Source: Lama glama
Lineage: Eukaryota
DNA length: 64,000 bases
Assembly: GCA_028534125.1 (NCBI GenBank)
Contig: CM052817.1
Location: forward strand, 49,292,001-49,356,000
Direction of reading: 5' to 3'
Within the stretch, counting starts at the first letter, position 1. The number at the start of each line of letters is the position of its first letter. The notes below the pieces were generated by a model. The model ran no database searches, had not been told where the DNA came from, and was given only the letters and a program-made list of their open reading frames with translations. Position numbers and translations under genes: made by a program. Positions 12,701 to 24,293 of the stretch are shown piece after piece.

Positions 12701-15414
12701 TCCATATAATAGCTTGGTATGAGGTGCTACTCATTTTTTTCTTCTTACTGTGAAATATAATGCAATCTTACCTGCATGTTCCATGTTCTTCTTCTGATCA
12801 TTTCTTAGAACATCTCTCCTCTATTATTTAGTGCCTTTGTGATGCAGAAATTTACCCCAACCTAAATCACAAATTGATTTCAATTAAAATTCAGACAAGA
12901 TCTCTTTACTGAAGAAATTACCCAGAGTCTATTGACCAAGGTGCTTGCTTTTGTAAACAGAGAAATATTTAAATCTCTAGAGGCTATCAGACTATCACTC
13001 TGAACTGACACTAATCTCTGGAGACACTAAACATCACTATTGTACAAAAAGAAGACTGAGAGCTCATAAAGGTCAAGTAATAGGTAAAGATTTGCCCTCA
13101 GTTATTCTTACAATGGATTCATTAAGATTATGGAATCGTCTTACGTTACTTCTCTGACCCAGAATGCAGGTACATTCAGTAATTGATAGAATCTCCATTT
13201 GGGTCACCTCACCTGGATGTTGACAGCACCATGGTTATCTTCATGGATGAATAAAAGTCTGTTTATAACTCTGGGCCATGATAAGAATGAGCAGCTAACT
13301 AATGATTTATGGTTTTTCATTAAGAGTATGCAAGTCTCTCCTCCAACCCTCTTCCCTTTAGTATCCAAGGCAAGTTTGATTACTGATGGCCTGTAACACT
13401 TGATGTAACACATGAGATCAATTGGCTTGATTAAATGGCGAGAGGAGTACAAAGAAAACCAACCTTTTTTGTCTTGTACAATTAAAATTCATCATACAAA
13501 TCTTGGTGTTTCATATCTGGAGACAAATTGTATCCTGTGCAAATAAAAAAGGACCCTGAGGATCTGTGCCTGGAAGTCTCTTGGAACCTCAATGTTCACC
13601 TTACTCTCTTTCTCCTACTATAGCTCCACGAGATCTATATATATATTTTTTATTAAAAGCATTATGTTGAATATTCTTTGTGGAGCCCTGTGAGTCTTTT
13701 CAATTACCCACACAAGAGATCTTCACAAAAGGCCAAGTGGAATCCACTGGGACTGTCTGGTCCTTGCTCCATAATACATAATAAATCACAAGCACCGTCA
13801 TGTCTCTGAGGGTTTTTCAGTACTGTCATCAAAAGCTTGGATGATATAGAGTTAATGATCCCTACCACAATTAGGTTAGCAATTTAAGTAGAATTGGAAA
13901 TATTTTATTTTAAAAATTATGCAGATTGTTTTAGCCCTTCTCCAAGATATGAGGCTTTCTTTACATGCTACCAAGGCAGTTCCTCTGGCTTTCAAACTTA
14001 GCCTTAATTTGATGGTTAATAGCCCACACTCTTCCATTATACTCTCCAAAGCATCAGTTCTACTAACATAACCACCTATTTTCATTTTCTTAATTTATTC
14101 CCTTATTTATCAAATATATGATATACCACAACTACTAGTATCTTTCGTTCAATGTACTCTCAATTTATCTTTGCTGAAAGTAGTAAAACCTTCACGTTAT
14201 CGCAGTTCAAGAGCTTTTTGTGTCTCACCATATGATAGAGACCACATTACAATCGGTGGTGAATGATCCAGCTCCAAAATATGACCTTGGTGTCTCTCTC
14301 TTATTCCACCCTTGGCACTGATTATAAAACGTTGAGTGCCCTCAATGTGCAGATTCAGAGCTGGAGATTAGTTTGCAGGAAAATTGTTATGGCATGTTCA
14401 TGGAAACAAACTGTGAAAGTGAAGGGTAGGAAGCAAAACTGGACAGTGGAAAAAACAGAAATAATGCAATTTCAGAGTAAATCTCAAGCAAACCACTGGG
14501 ACCTCTGAAGCTAAGATCACCTTAAAGAGTTGACCAAAATTAAAATGAGAAGTCTAGGCATTGGACATGGGCCCAGGAAAGATACATTGCTTTAGACTAG
14601 ATCTCTCTCTTTTAGCAGAGGCAATCCTCAAAGAAAGATGGTAGATAAGGGGTGTCAACTGAAAATCTCATGAGCTGGAAAATAGTTTCTACAGTCCCAG
14701 AAAAAGAATCTGGGTAACACATTAAAGCACCTATCATGGGACACTACCAAGACTGAAGGATATTGAAACTCTGCTGGCAATGTTCTGCTTAGAATGCATC
14801 CAAATCCTTTTTAAGGTAGATTCTCCTCTCATCTCAAGTCAATAGAATACAGATACATGAAAACAAATCTATCCCATGACATGCATCTTTCCCTTCCTAC
14901 TTCTAACTTAATGGGAAATCCTGGTAAGATTTTTTTTAAAACTATAACTTACCTGGATTACAAAGGCAATATAGAAAACAAAGTTCAGAAGGTACTTAGA
15001 GGATAAATACTTTCTAAGAGTAAATACTGAAGAAGTATTAAAGAAGTGAGAGTAACATAAGGAGTGCTGGAAATGAAAAGATAATAATTCAGAGGTAATA
15101 TTCTCAGATAAAGGAAGGTAACTAAAGTGATACTCAAAGCATGTCCATGTTTAGGTAGAAAGAAAAAAAATAGTGGGAGTATCTACAGTGAAAAAAACTA
15201 AGGCAATGTAAATGAAATGGAGCTAATAAAACAGATGTGAAAATATAGAGAAAGAAATGATTTGAAATGCTCAAATAAATAAGAATAGCTTTGTATTGAC
15301 ACAATTCTGCTTTCTTACTTGGAAAATCCCTATTTGTAAGGTAATTCCCTCTTAGTTTAGAAGCAGTGGCATTTACAATGATACTGGGATTCACTGTGCA
15401 CACAAACAGACGTA

Positions 15415-15590
15415 AGGTCATCTAACCTTTTCTTTATTTGCTATCCAAAATCTCTGAGCTGGAGATTAGCTGGCAGAGAGATTACTAGGGTTGTGATCCT
15501 GAAAGCAAAGTCTTTAGCTCATTAGTCATTGTGACTTTGCTATGTACCAGTTAATATTAACTACTTATCAGATTCTTTCCTTGATATAAG
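15415..15590 (+). promoter_or_regulatory. Proximal promoter of UGT2 gene B (NR half-site, HNF1-like palindrome, TATA-like box)
   Basis: AGGTCA 15415-15420; GTTAATATTAAC 15550-15561 (HNF1 consensus GTTAATNATTAAC minus one base); TATAAG 15585-15590. Same order and spacing as the gene C promoter. Confidence 0.6.
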
Positions 15591-15646
15591 TGAAAACTAT
15601 AACTGAAGTTAAGAGAGTTTATGAAGAAGGGTTAGATTTTCCCAAG

Positions 15647-16361
15647 ATGTCTAAGACATGGGTTTCTGTTCTTGTGCTGTATTTTTACTTCAGCTGTGCA
15701 TCCTGAGGAAAGGTGTTGGTGTGGCCAATGGAATACAGTCATTGGATCAATTTAAATACAATATTGGGTGAACTTACTCAGAGGGGACATGAAGTCACTG
15801 TGCTCGCATCTTCAGCTTCCATACTTGTAGATCCTAATAAATCACCAGTCCTTAAACTTGAGGTTTATCCTACATCCTTTACTAAGAATGAGCTTGATTT
15901 GTAGTATATGAAATGGGTCAAGATGTGGACACATGAGTTACCAAAGAGTACATTATGGGCATATGATTCAAAGATGCAAAAAACATTTTATGAATACTCT
16001 GATACTGCTCAAAAGCTCTGTGAGGATGCAGTTTTGAACAAAAAACTTATGAAGAAACTACAAGAATCCAGATTTGATGTTGTTCTTGGAGATCCCGTTT
16101 CTCCTTGTGCTGAGCTGCTATCTGAACTACTTAACCTACCTTGTGTCTACAGTCTTTGGTCTGCCCTTGGCAAAACATACAAAAAACTCTGTGAAGGGCT
16201 TATATTGCCTCCTTCCTATGTACCTGTTATCATATCAGAACTTAGTGACAAAATGACATTTATGGAAAGGGTGACAAATATGTTGTATCACCTACATTTT
16301 AGCTTCTCATTTCAGACCTTTAACAAGAAGAAATGGGATATATTTTGCAGTGAAGTATTAG
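15647..16361 (+). pseudogene. Gene B exon 1 (715 bp), two in-frame stops
   Basis: [35 protein letters not shown]...RGHEVTVL...; TGA 15704-15706 (codon 20, normally Cys), TAG 15902-15904; ends SEVL-G|GTAAGT at 16362. Confidence 0.95.
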
Positions 16362-16412
16362 GTAAGTCAGTGGTTTATTTATTACATTTTTCCTCCAGTA
16401 GATAGGAAGAAA

Positions 16413-19400
16413 TTTTTCTTTTTGTTGAGTTATACTCAGTTTACAATGTTGTGTCAATTTCTCATGTACAGCACAATTTTTCAGATATAAATGAATATAC
16501 ATATATTCGTTTTCATATTCTTTTTCACCATCAGCTACTACAAGATCTTGAATATATTTCTCTGTGCTACACAGTATAAACTTCTTTATCTATTCTATAT
16601 ATACCTTTCAGTATCTATAAATCTTGAATTCACAGTGTGTCACTTACCACCCCCCACCCCCTTGGCAACCACGAGTTTGTATTCTATGTCTATGAGTTTG
16701 TTTCTGGCTTTTTTTTTTTTTTGGCTTAAAACAACAGAAATCTATTATCTTATAGTTCTGGGGGCCAGAAGTACAAAATCAATATATTTGCAGGGCTACT
16801 CTCCCTGGAAGTGTATAGGGGATAATCCTTCCTGGCTTTCTCCAGCTCCTGGTACCTCCAGAAGTCCTGGGCTTGTGGCTGCATCACTCCAATCTCTGCC
16901 CTTCTCCACACAGCTGCCTTCTGTGTCTCTGGCTCAGGTCTCCCTATGCTTTCTCTTATAAGGACATATGTCATTGGATTTAGGGCCCATCCTATATTTG
17001 GTATGATTTCACCTCAAGTCTGTTTTGTATTTATGTTCTTTTTTTATAGATTCCACATATGAGTAATCTCATATGATATTTTTCTTTCTCTTTTTGACTT
17101 ACTTCACTTAAAATGACATTCTCCAGGAACATCCATCTTGCTGGAAATGGTGTTATGTTGTTGGTTTTTATGGCTGAATAGTGTTCCATTGTATAAATAT
17201 ACCACATCTTCTTTATACAATCATCTGTTGATAGGCATTTAGGCTATTTCCATGTCTTGCCTATTGTAAATAATGCTGCTATTAACATTGGGGTGCAGGT
17301 GTCTTTTTGAAGTAGGATTCCTACTGGATATATGCCCAGGAGCGGGATGACTGGGTCGTATGGTAAATCTATTCCTAGTCTTTTGAAGAATTTCCATACT
17401 ATTTTCCACAGTGGCTGCACCAAACTGCATCCCCACCAGCAGTGTAGGAAGGTTACCTTTTTTCCACAGCCTCTCCAGCATTTGTCATTTGTGGACTTTG
17501 GAAGGATGGCCATTCAGACTGGTGTGAGGTGATACCTCATCATAATTTTGATTTGCATTCCTCTGATAATTAGTGATACTGAGCATTTTTTCATGTGCCT
17601 ATTGATCATTTGTATTTCTTCCTTGGAGAATTGCTTGTTGAGGTCTTCTGCCCATTTTTGGATTGTGTTGTTTGTTTTTTTCTTATTATGTCATATAAGC
17701 TGCTTATATATTCTGGAGATCAAGCCTTTGTGGGCTTCATCATTTACAAAAATTTTCTCCCATTCCATAGGTGGTCATTTTGTTTTGCTTATGGTTCCCT
17801 TTGCGGTGCAGAAGCTTGTAAGTTTAATTAGGTCCCATTTGTTTATTCTTGCTTTTATTTCTATTGCTTTTGTAGACTGTCCTAGGAGAAAATCTTTGAG
17901 ATGTATGTCAGATAATGTTTTGCCTATATTTTCTTCTAAAAAGTTTATTGTATCTTGTCTTATGTTTAAGTCTTTGATCCATTTTGAGTTTATTTTTGTA
18001 TATGGTGTAAGGGAGTGTTCTAGCTTCACTGATTTACATGATGCTGTCCAGTTTTCCCAACACCATTTGCTAAAGAGACTGTCTTTATTCCGTTGTATAT
18101 TCTTGCCTCCTTTGTCGAAGATTAGCTGACCAAAAGTTTGTAGGTTCATTTCTGGGCTCTATATTCTGTTCCATTGGTCCATATGTCTGTTTTTGTACCA
18201 ATACCAGGCTGTCTTGATGACTGTAGCTCTATAGTATTGTCTGAAGTCTTGGAGAGTGATTCCTCCAGCCTCTTTCTTTTTCTTCAGTAATGCTTTGGCA
18301 ATCCTAGGGCTTCTGTCATTCCATATAAATTTTATTATGATTTGTTCTAGCTCTGTGAAATATGTCCTGGGTAAATTGGGAGAGATTGCATTCAATCTGT
18401 AGATTGCCTTGGGCAATGTGACCATTTTAACAATATTGATTCTTGCAATTCAGAAGCATGGGATATCTTTCCTTTTTTCTTTAAGTCTTCCTTAATTACC
18501 TTAATCAGTGTTTTATAGTTTTCCACTTATAAGTCTTTCACCTCCTCGGTTAGATTTATTCCTAGGTATTTTATTACTTTGGGTGTTATTTTTAAGGGGA
18601 TTGTTTCTTTACTTTCTTTTTCTGTTGATTCATCATTAGTGCAAAGAAATGCAACAGATTTCTGAAAGTTAATCTTGTAACCTGCTACCTTGCTGAATTC
18701 TTCAATCAGCTCTACTAGTTTTTGTGTGGACCTTTTAGGGTTTTCTATACATAGTATGTCATCGGCATTTAATGACACTTTTACCACTTCTTTTCCAATT
18801 TGGATCCCTTTTATTTCTCTCTCTTGCCTGATTGCTCTGGCTAGGACTTCCAAGACTATGTTGTATAGGAGTGGTGATAGTGGGCAGCCTTGTCTTGTCC
18901 CAGATTTTAGTGGGAAGCTTTTGAGCTTTTCACCATTGAGTACTAGGCTGGATGTAGGTTTGTCAAATATAGGTTTATTATGTTGAGATATGTTCCCTCC
19001 TTACCCACTTTGGTGAGAGATTTTATCATAAATGGGTTTGAATTTTATCAAATGCTTTTTCTGCATCTGTTGAGATGATCATGTGGTTTTTGTCCTTTCT
19101 CTTGTTGATGTGATGTATTACATTGATTGATTTGCGTATATTGAACCACCCTGTGTCCTTGGGATGAACCCCACTTGATCATGATGTATAATCTATTTTA
19201 TGTGCTGTTGGATTCTATTTGCTAATATTTTGGTGAGGATTTTTGTATCTATGTTCATTAGTGATATTGGCCTATAATTCTCTTTTTTGGTGGTGTCTTT
19301 GCCTGGTTTGGTGTCAGGGTGATGGTGGCTTCATAGAATGAGTTTGGGAGTATTCCCTCCTTTTCAATCTTTTGAAAGAGTTTGAGAAGGACTGGTATGA

Positions 19401-22400
19401 GTTCTTTCTTGTATGTTTAGTAGAATTCCCTGATGAAGCTGTCCAGTCCTGGACTTTTATTTGTAGGGAGGATTTTTATTGCTAATTCAATTTCATATCT
19501 AGTGATCAGTTTGTTCAAGTGGTCAGTTTCTTCTTGGTTCAGTCTTGGTGGGCTGTGTGTTTCCAAAAACTTGTCCATCTCCTCTAGGTTATCCAGTTTG
19601 GTTCCATATACTTTTCCATAATATTCTCATATGATATCCTGTATTTCTATGTTATTTGTTGTAATTTCTCCATTTTCATTTCTTATTTTGCTTATTTGTG
19701 CTCTCTCTTTTTTCTTCTTTGTGAGTTTGGCCAGAGGTATGTCCATTTTATTTACTTTTTCAAAAACCAGCTTTTGGTTTGATTGATTTTTAAATTTTTT
19801 TTAAACTCCATTTTATTTATTTCCTCCCTGATCTTTATTATTTCATTCCTTCAGCTGCCTTTTGGGTTTTTTTGCCACTTTGTCTAATTCTTTTAGCTGG
19901 TGGGTTAGATTGTTTATTTGAGATTGTTCTTTTTTGAGGAAAACCTGTATCGTTCATTATAAACTTCCCTCTTAGCACTGCTTTTGCTGCATACCATAAA
20001 TTTTGTGTGGTTGTGTTTTCATTTTCATTTGTCTCAAGGTATTTTTTTAATTTCAACTTTGATTTCATCATTGACCCATTAGATTTTTAATACCATCTTG
20101 TTTAATCTCCATGCTTTCCATTTTTTCTCCTTTGTTTCTCTGTAGTTGATTTCTAGTTTCATGGCATTGTGATCAGTAAAAGTGCTAGAGATAATTTCTA
20201 TCTTCTTAAAATTGATGAGGCTTCTTTTGTGCCCAGGTACATGATCAATCCTAGAAAATGTTCCATGTGCACTTGAAAAGAATGTATATCCTATTTTTGA
20301 GGGGTGTAATGCTCTGAAAGTATCCACCAACTCTAATTTTTCTATTGTATTCTTTAATTGCTCTGTTGCCTTATTTATTTTCTGTCTGGAAGATCTGTCT
20401 AGTGATGTTAATGTGGTGTTAAACTCGCCAACTATGATTGTATTCCCATCACTTTCCCCCTTTATCTCTGTTAGTAATTGTTCTATGTACTTAGGTGCTC
20501 CTATATTGGGGGCATGTATATTAACGAGTGGAATATCCTCATCTTGTATTGCTCCTTTAATCATTATAAAATGTCCTTCTTTATTTTTCTTTATGGCCTT
20601 TGTTTTAAAGTCTATTTTGTCTGCTACATGTGCCTTTTTGGCTTTTCCATTTGCATGGAATATCCTTTTCCATCCTTTCACTCTCAATCTATATGTGTCC
20701 TTCTCCCTAAAGTGGGTCTCTTGTATGCAGCATATTGAAGGTTCTTGCTTTATTATCCAGTCTGCTACTCTATGTCTTCTGATTGGAGCACTTAGTCCAT
20801 TAGCACTTACAGTAATTATTGATAGATGTGTGTTTATTGCCATTTTGAACTTATCTTTGCAGTTGATTTGATATTTCCTCTTTGTTTCTTTCTTCTTTCT
20901 TTTATAGTTTGGTAATTTTCCTTTGTATTATCATGGATTTTATTTAGTTTTTGTGACTCACCTGTAACTTTTTGGCTTGTGGTCACCCTTTTTGTAAGTC
21001 TATTAACCCATTACTATAACTGTTTGTATTAAACAGATAGTAATACGAGCTCAAACCCATCCTACAGAGAACAAAAAATTTAAAAAATGAAAAAAGAAAC
21101 TCTATATTTTCTTGCTTCCCTCTCCCACTGTTAAAGATTTAGATGTCTTCTTTTACAATGTTGTGTTTATTCTATTTGTAATTCATGGTAGTTATCACCT
21201 TTCCAGTTATGAGTTTTTCTTTTCCATAGCATCCTGCTTCTTTTCTATTGAGAGTAAACCTTTCCATATTTCTTTTAGCATGGGTTTAGTGTTGCTAAAC
21301 TCTTTTAGTTTTTGCTTGTCTGTGAAATTCTTTATCTCTCCTTCTATTCTAAAGGATAGCCTTGCTGGATAAAGTATCCTAGGCTGCATCTTTTTTTCAT
21401 TCAGGACTTTGAATATATCTTGCCACTCCCTTCTGGCCTGTAGTGTTTGTGTAGAGAAATCAGCTGAGAGCCTTATGGGGGTTCCCTTGTAACTCACTCT
21501 CTGTTTTTCTCTTGCTGCCTTTAGGATCATTTCTTTATCCTTGACTCTGGCCATCTTGATTATGATGTGTCTTGCTGTGGGTCTGTTTGTGTTCTTTCTG
21601 TTTGGGACCCTCTGAGCTTCCTGCACTTGAATATCTGATTCTTCTTTATGGTTGGGACATTTTCAGTCATGATTTTTTCAAATACCTTTTCAATTCCCTT
21701 TGGTCTTTCTTCCCCTTCTGGAACCCCTATTATGCATAGATTGGCATGCTTCATATTATTCCATAGGTCCCTTATATTGTTTTCATTTGTACTTATTTGT
21801 TTTTCTCTCAGCTATTCTGATTGGGTACTTTCTGTTGCCCTGTCTTCTAGGTCACTTATTCATTCCTCTGCATTATCTAGCCTGCTTTGTACAGCCTTTA
21901 GATCTGTTCTCATCTCAGCCAATGTGTTTACCAATTCTACTTGGCTCTTTATAGCTTCAGTTTCATTTTTGACATATTTTATACCTCTAAACACTATCTC
22001 TTTTAGTTCCTTCAGTACTTTGATCAGTCCTTTTTTGAAATCTTCATCTAGTAGGCCATCAATGTCTATTCCATTGATTGTTCTTTCAGGGGATTCCTCT
22101 TGCCCTTTTAATTGGAAGTGGTTCCTCTACTTCTTCATATTGGTCAGATCTCTCTGGCACTGTGGCTTATGGAGTATCAGTTATCTATTGTGGTCCTTAA
22201 GGAGTTAATTTATTTATCTAAAGCCTATGCAGAAATAAAGCTTAAGAGAGAGAGAGAACTTTAAAAGAAGGGAGAAAAAATGTTTGAAAACAGTAAATCA
22301 ATAATAGAAGAGCAACTTGAAGCAGAATGGCATTCGAGTTGAGATGTCTTTTAAAAACCTTAAAAAAGGAGAAAGAAAATCAAAATGCAATATTTGAGAC

Positions 22401-23938
22401 CTGTGTATAATCAATTACAGAAGGTCAATACCAAGAGAAATAAAAATGAAATGAGGTGGATTTTTAAAAATAATAATAATTAACAGATTTGAAAAGATAA
22501 TTTTAAAAAGGATTAGAACTGTAGACACATACAGTTGTTTAAAAAGTAAAGATTAAAAAGGTAATAAAAAATAGAACAGATGAAAAACAGATTTTAAAAA
22601 AAGGGATTTGTTCTCCTGGAGACTGTGTACTCTTAATGGAGTACATCAAGAGGTCTTTCTGTCTTTGCCCTTTTCACGAACTCAGCTTGCAGTTTCCAGA
22701 GGCCCTTCATTGGCACCCTCATCTGTGCTGCTCCCAGTGCCTGTCAGCAAACAGATCACGCCCCCTCCCAACAGTGGGTCAGGTGCTTTACTCCTTCAGG
22801 GTGGGCGGGATGGTCACTCCTCCTTCTGATGCTGCAGTCAGAAGCTAGCTTGGGCGAGGTAGGTGGGCGGATCGTGCCCCCTCCCAGCACCATTGTCAGG
22901 TGCTGCGTTCCTGCCAGGAAGTGGGGTCGCCACTTGTGCATTCCTGGCACAGGTTGCTCTCCTGCTCTATTCAGCTGCCCACTCTGCTTTGGGTCGGCAC
23001 TCTGTAGGTGGGCTCAGGGAAGAAAGCGGAAGTGCCCCACCCCTCTTCCATGCCAAAACTCAGCTCTTTGTTTGTCTTGGTGGAGCAAGTTCTCTGAGGT
23101 GACAGGGCAGAAAGATCCTATCTTCCTTGGGCTGTAAACAAGGCTCAGTCCTACCTAGGAGGTTGCAGAGCCACCAGATGTGGATTCAGGGCTCGGCCCC
23201 ACTCCAGCCCAGGTGTTGCACACAGGAGGATATGGCAGCTGTGGCTGCGCCCCACCTCTCTTTTCCCCAGCCTCTCTTTTCCCAAGAAGCGCCAGTAATG
23301 GTGCTGCGGGTCTGAGGAGACAAAGGCTATGGCGCCCCTCCCTCTAGGGCACACCAGCAGTGTTGCTTTGCTCTTTTTTTTTTTTTTTTTGTAAATTTTG
23401 GGTGCCCAGGTTGTTCTGCTCCATATCCCCTACCTGCCATGGTGTGCAGCACCCTGCAGTCCCCCAGGGCTGCCTCAGTACAGCCGCCCCCATCCTCCGC
23501 CCAGCTCACGCAGCCTGTCCTGGCCCCCAGCTGCCGGCTTGCTTCTCGGGCTGGGTGTTGTGGGGACCATCTGTACCCATTTAACTTAGTTCTGTCGGTC
23601 AAGGGGTGCTCTGTACAGATCTGAGCCTCGGAGGCTCCCTGCCACTGTCCCACTGGCCTCTCCGTTGGAGAGGGGAGACCCAGCAGATGAGCACTTGTCC
23701 TCCTTTGTCGCTCCCTCCCCGCAGGACCTGTCCTGCACTGTTTTGCTTTTTCTTCTTTCTTTTTTCCTTTTATCCTACCAGATTCATGGCGTCTTTGTCT
23801 TTTGAAGAGGGCGATGTTCTGTTGGAGTTCAGCAGGTGTTCTGGTTGGCTGAGTGTGTCCGTTGATGTGAGTTTTGGTGTATTTGTGGGACAGGGTGAGT
23901 TATGAGCATCCTTCTACTCTGCCATCTTGGCCCCTTCC
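16413..23938 (-). mobile_element. Near-full-length LINE-1 (copy 1), ORFs disrupted, antisense in intron 1 of gene B
   Basis: GC-rich 5' end starting ..GGGGCCAAGATGGCAGAGTAGAAGG; ORF1 remnant 22138-21207; ORF2 endonuclease 20843-20079 (MAINTHLSIITV..NGL..IQETHF..SRIDH..TDH), RT and C-terminal fragments to about 17100; 3' UTR/T-tract at 16413. No TSD seen. Confidence 0.96.
16707..17018 (-). mobile_element. MLT1-type (ERVL-MaLR) LTR fragment with poly(A) tail, nested in the L1 copy 1 3' UTR
   Basis: GGCTTAAAACAACAGAAAT..TATAGTTCTGG..CTTCCTGGC..TTCTCTTATAAGGACA..TCATTGGATTTAGGGCCCA is MLT1-like; T14 at 16709-16722; segment absent from the equivalent site of L1 copy 2 (about 50251-50280). Confidence 0.85.
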
Positions 23939-24136
23939 CTCAGCATTGTTAATTGGAAGAAAAATGCAGAACAAAACTACAATGAGATATCACCTCACAC
24001 CAGCTAGAATGGCCATCATTAAGAAGTCTACAAGCAATAGATGCTGGAGAGGATGTGGAGATAAGGGAACCCTCCTACACTGTTGGTGTGAGTGTAGATT
24101 GTGCAGCCACTATGGAGGACAGTATCGAAGTTCCTT
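23939..24136 (+). mobile_element. Older L1 ORF2 C-terminal fragment
   Basis: Encodes [41 protein letters not shown]; visibly diverged from the same region of L1 copy 1. Confidence 0.85.
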
Positions 24137-24140
24137 CTTG

Positions 24141-24293
24141 TTTTTTTTTTTTAATTGTTATTATTTTTTACTGTTTTTTTTTTGGAGGGGGCAGTAATTA
24201 AGTTTGTTTGTTTTTAATGGAGGTACTGGGGATTGAACCTAGGACCTCATGCATGCTAAACACACTCTCTTCCACTGAGCTATACCCTCCCCC
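24141..24293 (-). mobile_element. tRNA-derived SINE (Vic-1-like)
   Basis: Reverse strand GGGGGAGGGTATAGCTCAGTGG..TAGCATGCATGAGGTCCTAGGTTCAATCCCCAG (A and B boxes) plus A-rich tail. No TSD seen. Confidence 0.88.

Noticed and set aside
15704..15706. In-frame TGA at a Cys position, a possible selenocysteine recoding
   Set aside because: The gene also has a TAG, frameshifts and a missing exon; ordinary pseudogene decay explains it.
17332..22208. Long plus-strand hydrophobic or Ser-rich ORFs (193, 152, 186 aa; equivalents at 50816-55252)
   Set aside because: Antisense shadows of L1 ORF1/ORF2, not genes.
22608..23905. Dense overlapping ORFs in GC-rich DNA (also 55811-57089, 37623-38409, 44780-45270)
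   Set aside because: L1 5' UTR or GC-rich repeat sequence with few stop codons; no protein similarity recognised, and frames are not kept between the two L1 copies.
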